Origin: a virus
Lineage: Duplodnaviria > Caudoviricetes
Direction: 5' to 3' (one strand)
Virus record (IMG/VR): IMGVR_UViG_3300030376_002240
Span: 1-31,264 of that record
DNA length: 31,264 bases
Of this stretch, positions 9,409 through 20,386 are shown piece by piece (the first letter of the stretch is position 1; each line of letters starts with the position of its first letter). A program made the position numbers and the translations under genes. The notes under the pieces were generated by a model that saw only the letters and a program-made list of their open reading frames with translations, did no database searches and had not been told where the DNA came from.

Positions 9409-12400
9409 ATGCCGGAGATTAAAAACACTTTTCTCAAGGGTAAGATGAATAAAGACCTTGATGAGAGATTGATTCCAAATGGAGAATACAGAGACGCTTT
9501 AAACGTTGAGGTAGCTACCTCAGAGGGATCTGACATTGGTACTGTTCAAAATATACTGGGTAACCACCGTTTGCAAGATAATATTCCCGAGGGCTTCAAA
9601 TGTGTTGGTAGTATAGCTAATGAAAAAACAAACAAACTTTATTGGTTTGTGTCTAAATATGATGTAGACGCTATAATTGAATACGATTTAGATAACGATA
9701 TGTCGCTTTGTGTTTTAGCTGACACAAAAGCTGGCACTGCTGACGCGGTGTTAAAGTTTTTTGGTAACATTATAACTGGAATAAATATTATTGATAATCT
9801 TTTGTTTTGGACTGATAATAGAGGTGAACCTAAAAAAATAAATATAGATACGTGCAAGGCTGGAACTACTGATATAGAAACACACACTCAATTATCATTT
9901 GATAGTGGTAGTTTTCATGGGATTACCATAGAACTTATCACTGATGGCACTGTCGGGGGTCAATACTTAAACAAAGGAGAATACATTAGTTTTGAAAAAA
10001 CCCAAATGGACAGATTGCTGGGTTATGAATATTTAGACGCGGACACAGCAAATATTCGCCATTATAGAGATGGAAAATTTCTAGGCTTAAAAGAGTTAAC
10101 TTTAACAAATAATCAAGCGGCTTCAGGAACCGGTGTATTCGCTGAACTCACGACTTCCACGGTAGATGATTGGCATATTGGCGATATTATATTTGGTGAA
10201 AATGTAGCAATAGATATTGAAGAGCAACACGTTACAGTTATAAAACCAAAACCATTAAATGCGCTTTCTGTAAAGGTAAATCATTCTGAACAACCTTTAA
10301 ATACGAGTAAAATTCCTAATTTATTCGAGACAACATTCCCTAGATTTTCTTATAGATATAAATTTCGAGATGGAGAGTATTCACCCTTCGCACCGTTTAC
10401 TCAACCCGTGTTTAATGCTAAATACCCAAAAGACACTAGTAAATCTATAGATGGTAGTGTTTCTTACACTAAAGACAACGCTTACGACATAAAAGAGCCA
10501 TATAATAAAGCTATGGTAAATTCTATCCACTCTGTGGATTTAAGTAATTTTATAACGGCCCAAACGCCAGAAGACGTTGTTGAAATAGAAATTCTTTACA
10601 AAAAAGAAGACTCAAGTGTTATATACTCTATTAACACTATTAAACATTCGGATGGAGAGTGGCACAAGCGAAGTGATCACGAAGGTATTGACATAGGGAC
10701 TAAAAAGGCTTTAGATGGACAAGGTTACTCGGCTAAAGGTGGCTATACTAAGGGTAAGTATATTGTAACAACAGAGAATATACGTGCAGCTTTACCAGCT
10801 AATCAATTATTAAGACCATGGGATAATGTTCCAAGAAAAGCGTTAGCACAGGAAATTACTGGTAATAGAATTGTATATGGTAACTATTTGCAAAATTATG
10901 AAATACCATATTTACCTAATGTCAATTTAGATTATGAGGATAGAAAAACATCTTTAAGTAGTTTTGAATTTAAAGGACTACCTTCAATAAAGTCTCAGAG
11001 AAATTACCAGCTAGGAGTTGTACTTTGTGATAAGTATGGTAGGGAAACACCAGTGTTTACGTCTAACGATGGCGCTGCTAATGTAGCGTGGCAAGATTCC
11101 ACTGGGAATAACAATGCTAGTAAAAGTAATCAATTGGTTGCAAGTGTTGATTATGAATTTCCTGAGTGGGTTGATTCATTAAAGTTTTTTGTAAAGCAAA
11201 CATCTAACGAGTATTATAATTTAGTTATGGACAGAGCATGGGTTACTAAAAGTACCTATGATCTAGATAATTCTGAAGGTCATCTATGGATTTCGTTTCC
11301 ATCATCTGATAGGAATAAAATATCAGAAGATGATTACATAATATTAAAAAAGAAAATAGAGCCTAATGCTAGTCAAGTATCTTTTGAAAATAAATTCAAA
11401 ATTATTGACATTAAAAATGAAGCCCCAGATGCTATAAAATACGAACTAGTAAACTACGGCACGGTGGCTAATAACGGTAGTCAGGGTGGAGATGCAACTG
11501 ATTTATTTGACATAGCAGGTTTGCCAGCGGAGTCTCCAGATTACTACGATGACGCAACCGGTAGGGGTACAAATACACTAGCAATTGACTGGAGTGAATG
11601 GGCAGGTGCTCGTAATGCCCCTTTGATTTCAAACGACTATCAGGATCTTGACGGTAGAGATAGTATTAATATAGAAGATCTTTATGTTTCTTGGAGTAGA
11701 TCTGGTGTTGGTGGTGGTGTATCTAAAAAATATAAAGTGATAAGCGGTTTTATTGGCTCTGATAATTATGTTTTAAAACTATCTACATATATATCTAAGG
11801 CTGATGCTGATATAGCACATTGCTTTGGAGATGCCGCTCAAAATACCACTGTTTTTAATGCTGCTGGAGCAGTTAATTCTGCCAGCCAACTCGATCCAGC
11901 GAGCGGTTTGCACCCAGATTTAATTTTCCAAGTAGAAAGAAAAGAACTTAAAGACACTGAAGATTTTTCAGGTAAATTCTTCGTTAAAATATCTAAAAAT
12001 CAAATTACTAATATAATTGAAACTGGAACTGAGATTAGTAATTTAGATAAGTATCAAGTTTTTGCAAAAAACTCAGCATACTATTTACACGATGACATGG
12101 CGTCAACTAGCGATGGTTATATATTTAGTGCAGCTAGCGGCGGTGTTTATGGTTTAACAAATTATAATGGCGACCCGCAGGTAAACACCGGTAATAACCA
12201 CCACCAAGAGAGTGGTACTAATCATAATGACGCAACTGGTGGAGTTGGAACTGACACCACCATGAGAATGTCAGATAACCACTTAGTTTGGGAGGACGTT
12301 TTAAAAGACATGTACGATCAAACTACATATAATAGATTTTTTATAGATTCTGTTCATATGGTTGCTGGACAAAGCGACGCTAGTGATTACGCTAAATATG

Positions 12401-15400
12401 GGTGTATAACTTGGTCTGGCTGTACTATAGGAGATGACGACTCCGCAGAGAACTCAAGCTGGAGTTATCCACCTTTAAAAACATGGATAACAGATTTTAA
12501 AGATAAAGAAGGATTGTTAAGTTCTGATTCTGTATGGTATGAAAATAATTTAATATCAGAAAATTTAAACACTGCTAGCGCTGATAGCGATTGGAATGGG
12601 TTAAAAGTTGATGGTTGGGTTGGTCCCTTGCAAAATGTAAGTAGGCACACACCTGAAACATCTACTTCGCTAAATGACAACCATATAAATGGTTTAGAAG
12701 GGTTAGTCACAACTGTTTCTGATCACACAACTGGTCCTAGAAGATGGTTTAGTGGTATGAATGGAACGGAAACTGGTATTGGTCAAGATACAAAAACGTA
12801 TGCTAACGACGAAGAAGAGGGTAGGCATTTTATGCATCTATCATTTTTAGCCCCAGGAGGAAACCTTCATAATGGTAATTGGGATAATATCGGAGATGAT
12901 GATGACGCTATTTATGGCCCAGCATCTTACGCTGCCAATCTACAAGGTATATGGGGTGGTGGTGTATTTACAGGGGAAACTAAAGACGAAACTTTTGGAT
13001 CAACTAGTGGTGGTAACAAGTGGAAGCACTTCCCAATGGAAGGAAATCACGATGCTAATCACGGATACTTACCAGAAACACCTGGTCCTGGTGTGGGACA
13101 AGGCTACGACTTGAAATACCGAGAGCTCCATGAAAGACAATGGGACCCAACTTTTTTACACGACAACGCCGGGACATTTATTGGTGACCAAGGAAATAGA
13201 ATTCGTGATTTTATAAGAAAACTACATCCAGGTTCAAAGTTTAGATTTAATAGAACAGAAACACCTGGTAGCAGTACGGCACCTGAAATTGACACTGAAG
13301 TTTATACAATTAAAAAAGTTACTGTAAAAAAACTATATAATCACACTTCTTGGAGAAAAGCATATAACAGATATGACGCTACGGACGGTTATGACCAGGA
13401 CAGCAGCACGCATGAAGACTACAAAAGCGTAGAAGAAACGGCATTAGAATATTTAAACAGTTTAGCGGATGATGGGACAGGTGGGGACGCAACTGAACTA
13501 CATGCTAAAATAGAAGAATTTGGCGCTGCAGATAATAGAAGACTTTGCTATATAATAGAACTAGATAAAAATCCTAGTAAGTCTACTAGTGCCTTTGGTA
13601 ATCCAATTAGTCGTGAGAGCGGTAACGGTATGTGTGGTGATATTTTAAATGATAATTACACTGATATAGAGTTTTTAGATCCAGTACAGGACATAGTGCT
13701 TTCTGATTTAAGTAAATTCCCAGCCGTATGGGAACTTGATCCTAAAAAACAACAAGCAGACTTAGATATATATTACGAGGCTAGTAGTAGTATTCCTGTT
13801 GAAATAAACGAACAGACAAATGAATTATTTGCCCCAATTGGATGTAGAGTTGAAATTATAAATTCATCAGCATCTAGCTTTGAAGACGATGTTTATTTGG
13901 AGTCTTGGGATGATAATGTTGCAACTTTTTATCCAGGTTTTACAGCTTATGATGGCTCTGACGAGATAGATTATACAAACGCTTCTTTTAAATTTATTAG
14001 AGAGGATGGTAGTTACACTATAGCTGAGGCTGGTGGTCAGCAATTAGTTGGTATTAACGTGGTTAGCGTTGTTGGATATTTAAAGAAAGATTTTATTTTT
14101 AAAAAATCTATTGGAGGTAAAATAAAAACGGGTTTACCTTGGTACAACTGTCTTTCCTTTGGTAATGGCGTTGAATCTAATAGGATTAAAGATGATTTTA
14201 ACGAAGTGTTTATCACGAATGGCGTTAAAGCATCTACTACTTTACAAGAAACATACGAGGAGGAGCGTAGAGAAAACGGCTTAATATACTCTGGAATATA
14301 CAATTCTAATTCCGGTATTAATGATTTAAACCAATTTATCCAAGCTGAAAAAATTACCAAAGATCTAAATCCTACATACGGTAGTATACAAAGATTATTT
14401 AGTAGAAATACAGATTTGGTTTCTTTTTGTGAGGACAAGGTGGTTAAAATATTAGCAAACAAGGATGCGGTATTTAATGCGGATGGCAACCCAAATCTAA
14501 CAGCAACAGAAAATGTGTTGGGACAAACAGTGCCTTTTGTAGGTGACTATGGTATATCTAAAAACCCAGAATCATTCGCTTCAGAATCATATAGAGCCTA
14601 CTTTGCTGATAAACAAAGAGGCGCTATATTACGTTTGTCTAAGGACGGATTGACACCTATATCTAGTGGTGGAATGCACGATTGGTTTAGAGATAATTTA
14701 TCACAACACACATCTTTAATAGGTACTTACGACGCTTATAAAGAAAACTATAATATAACTTTGTCTGATACACATACAGAGAACATTTTGTTTAACACTA
14801 GTATTGAACTTGGTTCTACGTCCACACCTATATTTAACCCTGGCTTAAACATGGTTGAAGACGGTTTGATTTACTATGGTAGCAACTACAGCCCTTTAGA
14901 AATGAGTACGGTTGAGAACCACTCTGACTTTGCCTTTGCCAATGATTCTGATACAATACAAAGTAGTGTTACAGTTACAAATCATGCTGCTATTGGTCAC
15001 GAGGCGTTTCAATCTTTTATAGCGAGTTCCACCCCTCCACCGGCACAGATAGTAACTGAGACGGCTGAGGTTGATTATGAAGCTGCCACCTACGATACGC
15101 ATGACAACTTACCGGATGATGGTTGGTGGTATGACCCAAGATTTACAACTATGTCCGGTGATATATGGGGTCCTTCCCAGAACAGGTACGCGGATGGGGA
15201 GGTTTGGAGTATTATAAAAAGACATATGGCATATAACACTCATCAGTCTGGCGAGCCAGTTAATACGAGCTCTGCGGATTATGTGGATGAAACGAACCCC
15301 ACTTTACATCCAGCGGTAGAATATTCAAGCGTTGGAGCATACGCGTATGCCCCTGATGCTGGTGTAGAATTTGAGGTGCACTATCCATCCTTAGTAAATA

Positions 15401-18400
15401 ACACTACTCAGGCGATGTTAGCTGAATGGTCAGGGTGTATTACTAGAACTGTAAGTGGTGAGGGTGGTACTGACAAATGTATAGTTTTTGATAGAGTGAA
15501 CGAATACACATACACTGGTTCGCTAGCAGTACCAAACTTTGTTGAATTTCAAGGTATAGGTGGTGATGCAAATATTGGCAATCCAACTAATACAAATGGT
15601 TTTAATGGTATATTACAACCCTATGTTGACGCTGGAGGTAGTGTTTTACCCGAGTCCGGTGATGGTCATGATTCGTTTTTTAACGGTGACGAAATACATA
15701 TAGAGGTAGAACTAATTTGTTACCCTACCAACTATAATGTAAGTTATTCTGATGAAAGGCAGTGGGGCTATAACTTTATAATGCCAAGAATACAATTATA
15801 CGATGGCTCTTCCCCAGTTGACAGCAGTTATCTAAAAACTACGTACAACGGTGGTAGTATGTTTGATGGTTTTCAGAATCAAAATAACACCGGTTACCTT
15901 CCTTATGCCACTTACCAAACTTCTTCATCTGATTCGCTTTCAACAGTTAATTTAGGCTCTGATTTTGTAAGTCCAAACTCGCTTGGAGCTACTAGTTACA
16001 CTAATCTTTACTGTATAAAAGGTTACCAATCAACCAGCTCGGTTGTGTTCCCAAGTACAGAGTCTATATCCAGTTTAAACAACGATGGTTCTCCAGCTGT
16101 TACTACCAAAAAAACAGTTAAAATTGGTTGTAGTTTTAAATTTATAGATGATAATCAGCAAAATTCAAACGGAACAAAGAAAAGCGGTGTAGCAAATATA
16201 GAAGAGGTGATGGTCGTAAACGATCTTAGAATACGTATAAGTAACGCTTTACCAGGCTCGGGTGATGATACTAGTGACAATTGGATCACAACCAATGGTT
16301 ACAGTTTAACCGGCTCCACAGCACAAAGACAGAAAAACCCGCTTTGGGAAATAAAAAATGTAAAAATTAAAAAAGGTTTTGGAGTGATAGCTCCGTCAAC
16401 TGCGTATACACCTACTCTATATGATGATCCTAGTACTCCGGGCACAAATGAAGGGTGGACACTCGCTCAGTTACAAGCTGCTTATGGGCCGGGTGGAACT
16501 ATAGCAGATGGTACTTTAGCACTAGTTGATGATGGAAATGGTAATACGGTTTATGCTATTAATGGCGTTGCTGTTAATACTACGCCGTCGGTAACTGGGC
16601 AACCAGCGATACCAGGTTATAATATACCTGCGTGGGTAGAAGTTAATCACGGCGGACTTGATGATTATCAAATAGCTACAAACATTGGATCTGGAGGGAT
16701 TGGATATGGGACTGGCACTACAGAAACATCAACTCAATCTTGGTTTGGTCCTAACAATATAGCTGTATCCAACTCATCAGGTGGATACAATTGGGTTGAA
16801 CCACCAAATTTTACTCCTTTGCCTATAACATATCCAGTGGCACCAAATACCACGCCTGGAACATCATCAACGTATGATTCTCCATTAGGGACTTCTTTTA
16901 ACGCAACTAGTAACTTCACTCTTGGTCAAAATGCTAGTTTGGCTCCTGTTGGAATTGGGACTGCAACTCCTTATAACGGTCTAATAAATGATTATTTCGA
17001 AGTAGAACATACTGTAGACCCATCGTCAACACCTATTCATTTACCAGGCATAAGCCCTAGTTATAATACTACTGATTGGTACCTAGTTGATATAGAATAT
17101 GATCATCCTGACGCTAGTGATATAAACAACATGCCAAGCATTGGATCTGGAGTTCCTGGAAACGCAACTGACGGTATCGTGGAGGTTGCTGGTGTAGCTG
17201 ATCCTAGTGGTGTTAATGATACCACGGTAGATAGTAACGGTGTTGGAACTTTTGGAGGCGGCGCTAGCTCAAAACACGTGAGATGCGTACCGACGTGGAG
17301 AACTGAATACGGCACGCCTAAATGGGTGTTGAGAGCTATATTTCAAGTTCACCCTAATAGTGACGTTGCGTCCAACGCAGCCCCTGTAACATCAACAACT
17401 TACCTTGACGTGTTTACTTTGAGATTTTACACCTTTATAAACAGTCCGATCAAAGTTCAAAAGATAATATCAAGAAATATATCTCAAGATGTTATTGGTG
17501 GTGAAGCTGATAACTGGTCTAAACCAAGTATTTATAATCCATATCACACTTTTAGTAATGGTGTTTATTTAAATGCATCAGCTGATAAATCTAACATGTA
17601 TTACCACAACAATACATTAACGTGGGAAAATGTACCGCAAGATGATGGTGGTGGTAGTAACGATGCATCTATATATAAACAAACTTTTTCAACTCCAATC
17701 CCAGAAACCACGCAGAAATGGATGCTTCAGTTCACTGTAAAAGAGAACGCCGCTATAAACCCAGAGGCTTTTAGTGGAGAGCTTGGGGTTAGGATAACTA
17801 CTAGTAACAATGGAGCGACCTTACCTCTGTCCACTGGAATCCAAGTTGAAGATATAGATCAAGTTGGAAAATATAAAATTGAATTTAACTTAGATAACAT
17901 CAACTTACCAACCGTGATTGCACAACCCGAGTTTGCCAACGCGAGTACAGCTGTGTTACCCGCCGGTTCATACGCAGACGAAATATATTTTTACAACGCT
18001 GATAGTTCGACTAATCTTACCGGAGGCGTAAGGTTAATAGAACTTACGGATTTAACAGAAATATTCACTGGTAACAGCGTGGCATCATGGAATCTTAGTG
18101 GTTTTACGCCTAGTATAGAAGAATATATTATTTGGAATAACGGCACGATACAGTTCCAAGAGGCACCTTTGTTTGATGATACTTTTTCTGGCGTTAATCC
18201 AGTCATGATAAATCAATTAATAGAGTCCCCAATAAATAGATATGAGCAATATAGAATACAATTCACATGCGCGCAACAAACTGTAACTGGTACCCCTGGC
18301 AATGGAGAGCTTAATATGTATTATTTCAACGCTGAGGGCTATGGCTTTAGAATAAGTAATATTGGAGGGTCTGCCATATACAACGGTAACCCTGCAAGCT

Positions 18401-19194
18401 ATGTTTATGACAGTGCCACAGGAATATATACTTTCGACCAATTAGTTAGCATAACAGAGCTAGCTCAATCAGAAATTGATGATATTAATGTTCAAGCGCT
18501 GCGCAACACTATAGTTATAAGAACAGAGGACGATGGAGACCCGTCAGTTGGTGTTACGGCTTGGATAGATAATATTTCTATGCTGAGAGTGTATAGCATA
18601 GATTATGATGAAAATAATGATCCTATCTATCCAGAAACTACAGTTACTTTCAATGAAAAAACTAACGGTTGGACTAGTTTTAAATCTTTTATACCAGAAA
18701 GTGGTGTTAGTTTATCAAAAAAATATTTTACATTTAAAGAGGCTAAACTATATCAACACTATGTGCCAACTTTAAATAACTTGATTGTTAGTAACAATGA
18801 AGAAGCCGACAACTACAATGTGTTCTATGATACTAGTTATCCATCAACAATAAAAGCGGTTTTAAACGCAGAACCTTCTTTAGTAAAAACATTTAATACT
18901 TTAAATTACGAGGGCAGTCAAGCTTATGTCACCAAACCAACAAACGCTATTCATACTGCCACCGGTAAGAACATGATTACTATTGACAACGAGAAAGCAT
19001 GGACGTCTGGGGCCAACATAGAAGGTTGGAATGTTACTGAAATAAAAACAGATTTAGACAATGGTAATTTAAAAGAATTTATCAAAAAAGAAGGTAAGTG
19101 GTTTGGATATATAAAAGGTAAAGGTAATGGTACTTTAGATACATCTAAATTTAGCGTACAAGGCATTGGAATCGCAACATCTATAACAATATAA
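9409..19194 (+). CDS. Giant tail nozzle / muzzle (tail stabilization, P22 gp10 / T7 gp12 analogue) with large insertions
   Basis: 3261 aa. Family-type blocks are NTFLKGKMNKDLDERL, LLFWTDNRGEPKKIN, RFSYRYKFRDGEYS, GNRIVYGNY, DKYGRETPV, GNGVESNRIKDDFN, YGISKNPESFA, GWTSFKSF and KKEGKWF. It follows the ring proteins. Confidence 0.75.
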   Translation: MPEIKNTFLKGKMNKDLDERLIPNGEYRDALNVEVATSEGSDIGTVQNILGNHRLQDNIPEGFKCVGSIANEKTNKLYWFVSKYDVDAIIEYDLDNDMSLCVLADTKAGTADAVLKFFGNIITGINIIDNLLFWTDNRGEPKKINIDTCKAGTTDIETHTQLSFDSGSFHGITIELITDGTVGGQYLNKGEYISFEKTQMDRLLGYEYLDADTANIRHYRDGKFLGLKELTLTNNQAASGTGVFAELTTSTVDDWHIGDIIFGENVAIDIEEQHVTVIKPKPLNALSVKVNHSEQPLNTSKIPNLFETTFPRFSYRYKFRDGEYSPFAPFTQPVFNAKYPKDTSKSIDGSVSYTKDNAYDIKEPYNKAMVNSIHSVDLSNFITAQTPEDVVEIEILYKKEDSSVIYSINTIKHSDGEWHKRSDHEGIDIGTKKALDGQGYSAKGGYTKGKYIVTTENIRAALPANQLLRPWDNVPRKALAQEITGNRIVYGNYLQNYEIPYLPNVNLDYEDRKTSLSSFEFKGLPSIKSQRNYQLGVVLCDKYGRETPVFTSNDGAANVAWQDSTGNNNASKSNQLVASVDYEFPEWVDSLKFFVKQTSNEYYNLVMDRAWVTKSTYDLDNSEGHLWISFPSSDRNKISEDDYIILKKKIEPNASQVSFENKFKIIDIKNEAPDAIKYELVNYGTVANNGSQGGDATDLFDIAGLPAESPDYYDDATGRGTNTLAIDWSEWAGARNAPLISNDYQDLDGRDSINIEDLYVSWSRSGVGGGVSKKYKVISGFIGSDNYVLKLSTYISKADADIAHCFGDAAQNTTVFNAAGAVNSASQLDPASGLHPDLIFQVERKELKDTEDFSGKFFVKISKNQITNIIETGTEISNLDKYQVFAKNSAYYLHDDMASTSDGYIFSAASGGVYGLTNYNGDPQVNTGNNHHQESGTNHNDATGGVGTDTTMRMSDNHLVWEDVLKDMYDQTTYNRFFIDSVHMVAGQSDASDYAKYGCITWSGCTIGDDDSAENSSWSYPPLKTWITDFKDKEGLLSSDSVWYENNLISENLNTASADSDWNGLKVDGWVGPLQNVSRHTPETSTSLNDNHINGLEGLVTTVSDHTTGPRRWFSGMNGTETGIGQDTKTYANDEEEGRHFMHLSFLAPGGNLHNGNWDNIGDDDDAIYGPASYAANLQGIWGGGVFTGETKDETFGSTSGGNKWKHFPMEGNHDANHGYLPETPGPGVGQGYDLKYRELHERQWDPTFLHDNAGTFIGDQGNRIRDFIRKLHPGSKFRFNRTETPGSSTAPEIDTEVYTIKKVTVKKLYNHTSWRKAYNRYDATDGYDQDSSTHEDYKSVEETALEYLNSLADDGTGGDATELHAKIEEFGAADNRRLCYIIELDKNPSKSTSAFGNPISRESGNGMCGDILNDNYTDIEFLDPVQDIVLSDLSKFPAVWELDPKKQQADLDIYYEASSSIPVEINEQTNELFAPIGCRVEIINSSASSFEDDVYLESWDDNVATFYPGFTAYDGSDEIDYTNASFKFIREDGSYTIAEAGGQQLVGINVVSVVGYLKKDFIFKKSIGGKIKTGLPWYNCLSFGNGVESNRIKDDFNEVFITNGVKASTTLQETYEEERRENGLIYSGIYNSNSGINDLNQFIQAEKITKDLNPTYGSIQRLFSRNTDLVSFCEDKVVKILANKDAVFNADGNPNLTATENVLGQTVPFVGDYGISKNPESFASESYRAYFADKQRGAILRLSKDGLTPISSGGMHDWFRDNLSQHTSLIGTYDAYKENYNITLSDTHTENILFNTSIELGSTSTPIFNPGLNMVEDGLIYYGSNYSPLEMSTVENHSDFAFANDSDTIQSSVTVTNHAAIGHEAFQSFIASSTPPPAQIVTETAEVDYEAATYDTHDNLPDDGWWYDPRFTTMSGDIWGPSQNRYADGEVWSIIKRHMAYNTHQSGEPVNTSSADYVDETNPTLHPAVEYSSVGAYAYAPDAGVEFEVHYPSLVNNTTQAMLAEWSGCITRTVSGEGGTDKCIVFDRVNEYTYTGSLAVPNFVEFQGIGGDANIGNPTNTNGFNGILQPYVDAGGSVLPESGDGHDSFFNGDEIHIEVELICYPTNYNVSYSDERQWGYNFIMPRIQLYDGSSPVDSSYLKTTYNGGSMFDGFQNQNNTGYLPYATYQTSSSDSLSTVNLGSDFVSPNSLGATSYTNLYCIKGYQSTSSVVFPSTESISSLNNDGSPAVTTKKTVKIGCSFKFIDDNQQNSNGTKKSGVANIEEVMVVNDLRIRISNALPGSGDDTSDNWITTNGYSLTGSTAQRQKNPLWEIKNVKIKKGFGVIAPSTAYTPTLYDDPSTPGTNEGWTLAQLQAAYGPGGTIADGTLALVDDGNGNTVYAINGVAVNTTPSVTGQPAIPGYNIPAWVEVNHGGLDDYQIATNIGSGGIGYGTGTTETSTQSWFGPNNIAVSNSSGGYNWVEPPNFTPLPITYPVAPNTTPGTSSTYDSPLGTSFNATSNFTLGQNASLAPVGIGTATPYNGLINDYFEVEHTVDPSSTPIHLPGISPSYNTTDWYLVDIEYDHPDASDINNMPSIGSGVPGNATDGIVEVAGVADPSGVNDTTVDSNGVGTFGGGASSKHVRCVPTWRTEYGTPKWVLRAIFQVHPNSDVASNAAPVTSTTYLDVFTLRFYTFINSPIKVQKIISRNISQDVIGGEADNWSKPSIYNPYHTFSNGVYLNASADKSNMYYHNNTLTWENVPQDDGGGSNDASIYKQTFSTPIPETTQKWMLQFTVKENAAINPEAFSGELGVRITTSNNGATLPLSTGIQVEDIDQVGKYKIEFNLDNINLPTVIAQPEFANASTAVLPAGSYADEIYFYNADSSTNLTGGVRLIELTDLTEIFTGNSVASWNLSGFTPSIEEYIIWNNGTIQFQEAPLFDDTFSGVNPVMINQLIESPINRYEQYRIQFTCAQQTVTGTPGNGELNMYYFNAEGYGFRISNIGGSAIYNGNPASYVYDSATGIYTFDQLVSITELAQSEIDDINVQALRNTIVIRTEDDGDPSVGVTAWIDNISMLRVYSIDYDENNDPIYPETTVTFNEKTNGWTSFKSFIPESGVSLSKKYFTFKEAKLYQHYVPTLNNLIVSNNEEADNYNVFYDTSYPSTIKAVLNAEPSLVKTFNTLNYEGSQAYVTKPTNAIHTATGKNMITIDNEKAWTSGANIEGWNVTEIKTDLDNGNLKEFIKKEGKWFGYIKGKGNGTLDTSKFSVQGIGIATSITI

Positions 19195-19201
19195 TAAATC
19201 A

Positions 19202-20377
19202 ATGAATATAAATAGTTTTACAATTGACACTACTAATATGCCCACTAGCGCTGGTGTTAAAACGCTAGAGGTTAAAGGTGATATAGGCTCTAAGTTTATG
19301 ATTGTAGTCGCTCAAGCTGGTAATCAAAAATATTATAATTTTGAAAGTGATACTTTTAACGTTGGTCACTCACCTCAAAACAACTTATTGGTTACTATGA
19401 CTAAAAAGTTCTATAATCACTCTTTATTTTTTGCAGATACTGATGATGGGGATTTTTTTGTAAAAATAATGCCTTTAGAAAACACCACTTTACGTAGTGG
19501 TAGAGCACCTGTTTTATCTAAAAAAATATCTAAAGCGTCCGCTGATATTACTGTGACTTTTCAAACGGATTCTTTAACTACCGCTCAATACGAGCACGGC
19601 GCCTTTACAGTTGTTGGATTTGGAAATATCAGTAGTAGTAATTCCTTCTCAATCACGCCATTTAACATTTCGAGCGACACTTATGGGTATGGGTTTTTTC
19701 CATCTCCAATAGCTAACACTATAGACGAGAGATTATTTTTTTACAAGGCCACGAACACTGTTGATGGCGCAACCTCTTCTTCTACTTCAGTTGTTTTAGA
19801 CGACCTGACCGGTATAACCGTTGGGAGTATGATATATGTTGTTAGTTCCGGCAGTTTAACTGGAACACCAACTGTGACAGCTATAGATACAGGTAGCAAA
19901 ACATTAACCTTAAGTTCTGCTCAATCGTTTGCTGATGGTATAACTTTAACGTTTAGATCTTATGGTAAAGCCCTAATAAAAGAACTTATAGATTTAGAAT
20001 TTTCAATAGAAAAATACCCCACAACAACGCACAACTCTGTAAGCACACACATTAGAGAAAGTTCAACTGGCTCAAGTGCAACAGTAACACTTAAAGACAC
20101 ATATGGTGTATCTAAAGGTGCTATTGTAACTGGATATAATATTAATGATGGTACAACTGTCACCCGAGTTGATACTGCTGACGCTGGGGGTGGTGGCGAA
20201 GATGGTGTTATAACTATTTCATCCGCGGCTATAACAATTGCAAAAACACCAATTCAATTCAACACTAGCACTGAGATTAACATATCTGGATTAGCAACGG
20301 TAAATAGGTTTCCATCTAGTAACGCCACTGTGTATTTAGATTTAGAAAAATTTATAACAACAGGTACCGATCAATAA
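19202..20377 (+). CDS. Putative tail-associated structural protein with beta-rich repeat modules
   Basis: 391 aa and Thr/Ser-rich. It has two modules (ITVGSMIY...TPTVTAID...TLTLSSA and VSKGAIVTG...GTTVTRVD...VITISSA) resembling the insert of the 8071 protein. Confidence 0.55.
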   Translation: MNINSFTIDTTNMPTSAGVKTLEVKGDIGSKFMIVVAQAGNQKYYNFESDTFNVGHSPQNNLLVTMTKKFYNHSLFFADTDDGDFFVKIMPLENTTLRSGRAPVLSKKISKASADITVTFQTDSLTTAQYEHGAFTVVGFGNISSSNSFSITPFNISSDTYGYGFFPSPIANTIDERLFFYKATNTVDGATSSSTSVVLDDLTGITVGSMIYVVSSGSLTGTPTVTAIDTGSKTLTLSSAQSFADGITLTFRSYGKALIKELIDLEFSIEKYPTTTHNSVSTHIRESSTGSSATVTLKDTYGVSKGAIVTGYNINDGTTVTRVDTADAGGGGEDGVITISSAAITIAKTPIQFNTSTEINISGLATVNRFPSSNATVYLDLEKFITTGTDQ

Positions 20378-20386
20378 AAATAAAAC

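Noticed and set aside
9409-19194. Intein, intron or diversity-generating retroelement target as the cause of the nozzle's large size
   Set aside because: No intein splice-junction or homing endonuclease motifs were seen, the frame is unbroken, and no adenine-variable repeat pair or reverse transcriptase is visible in the window.
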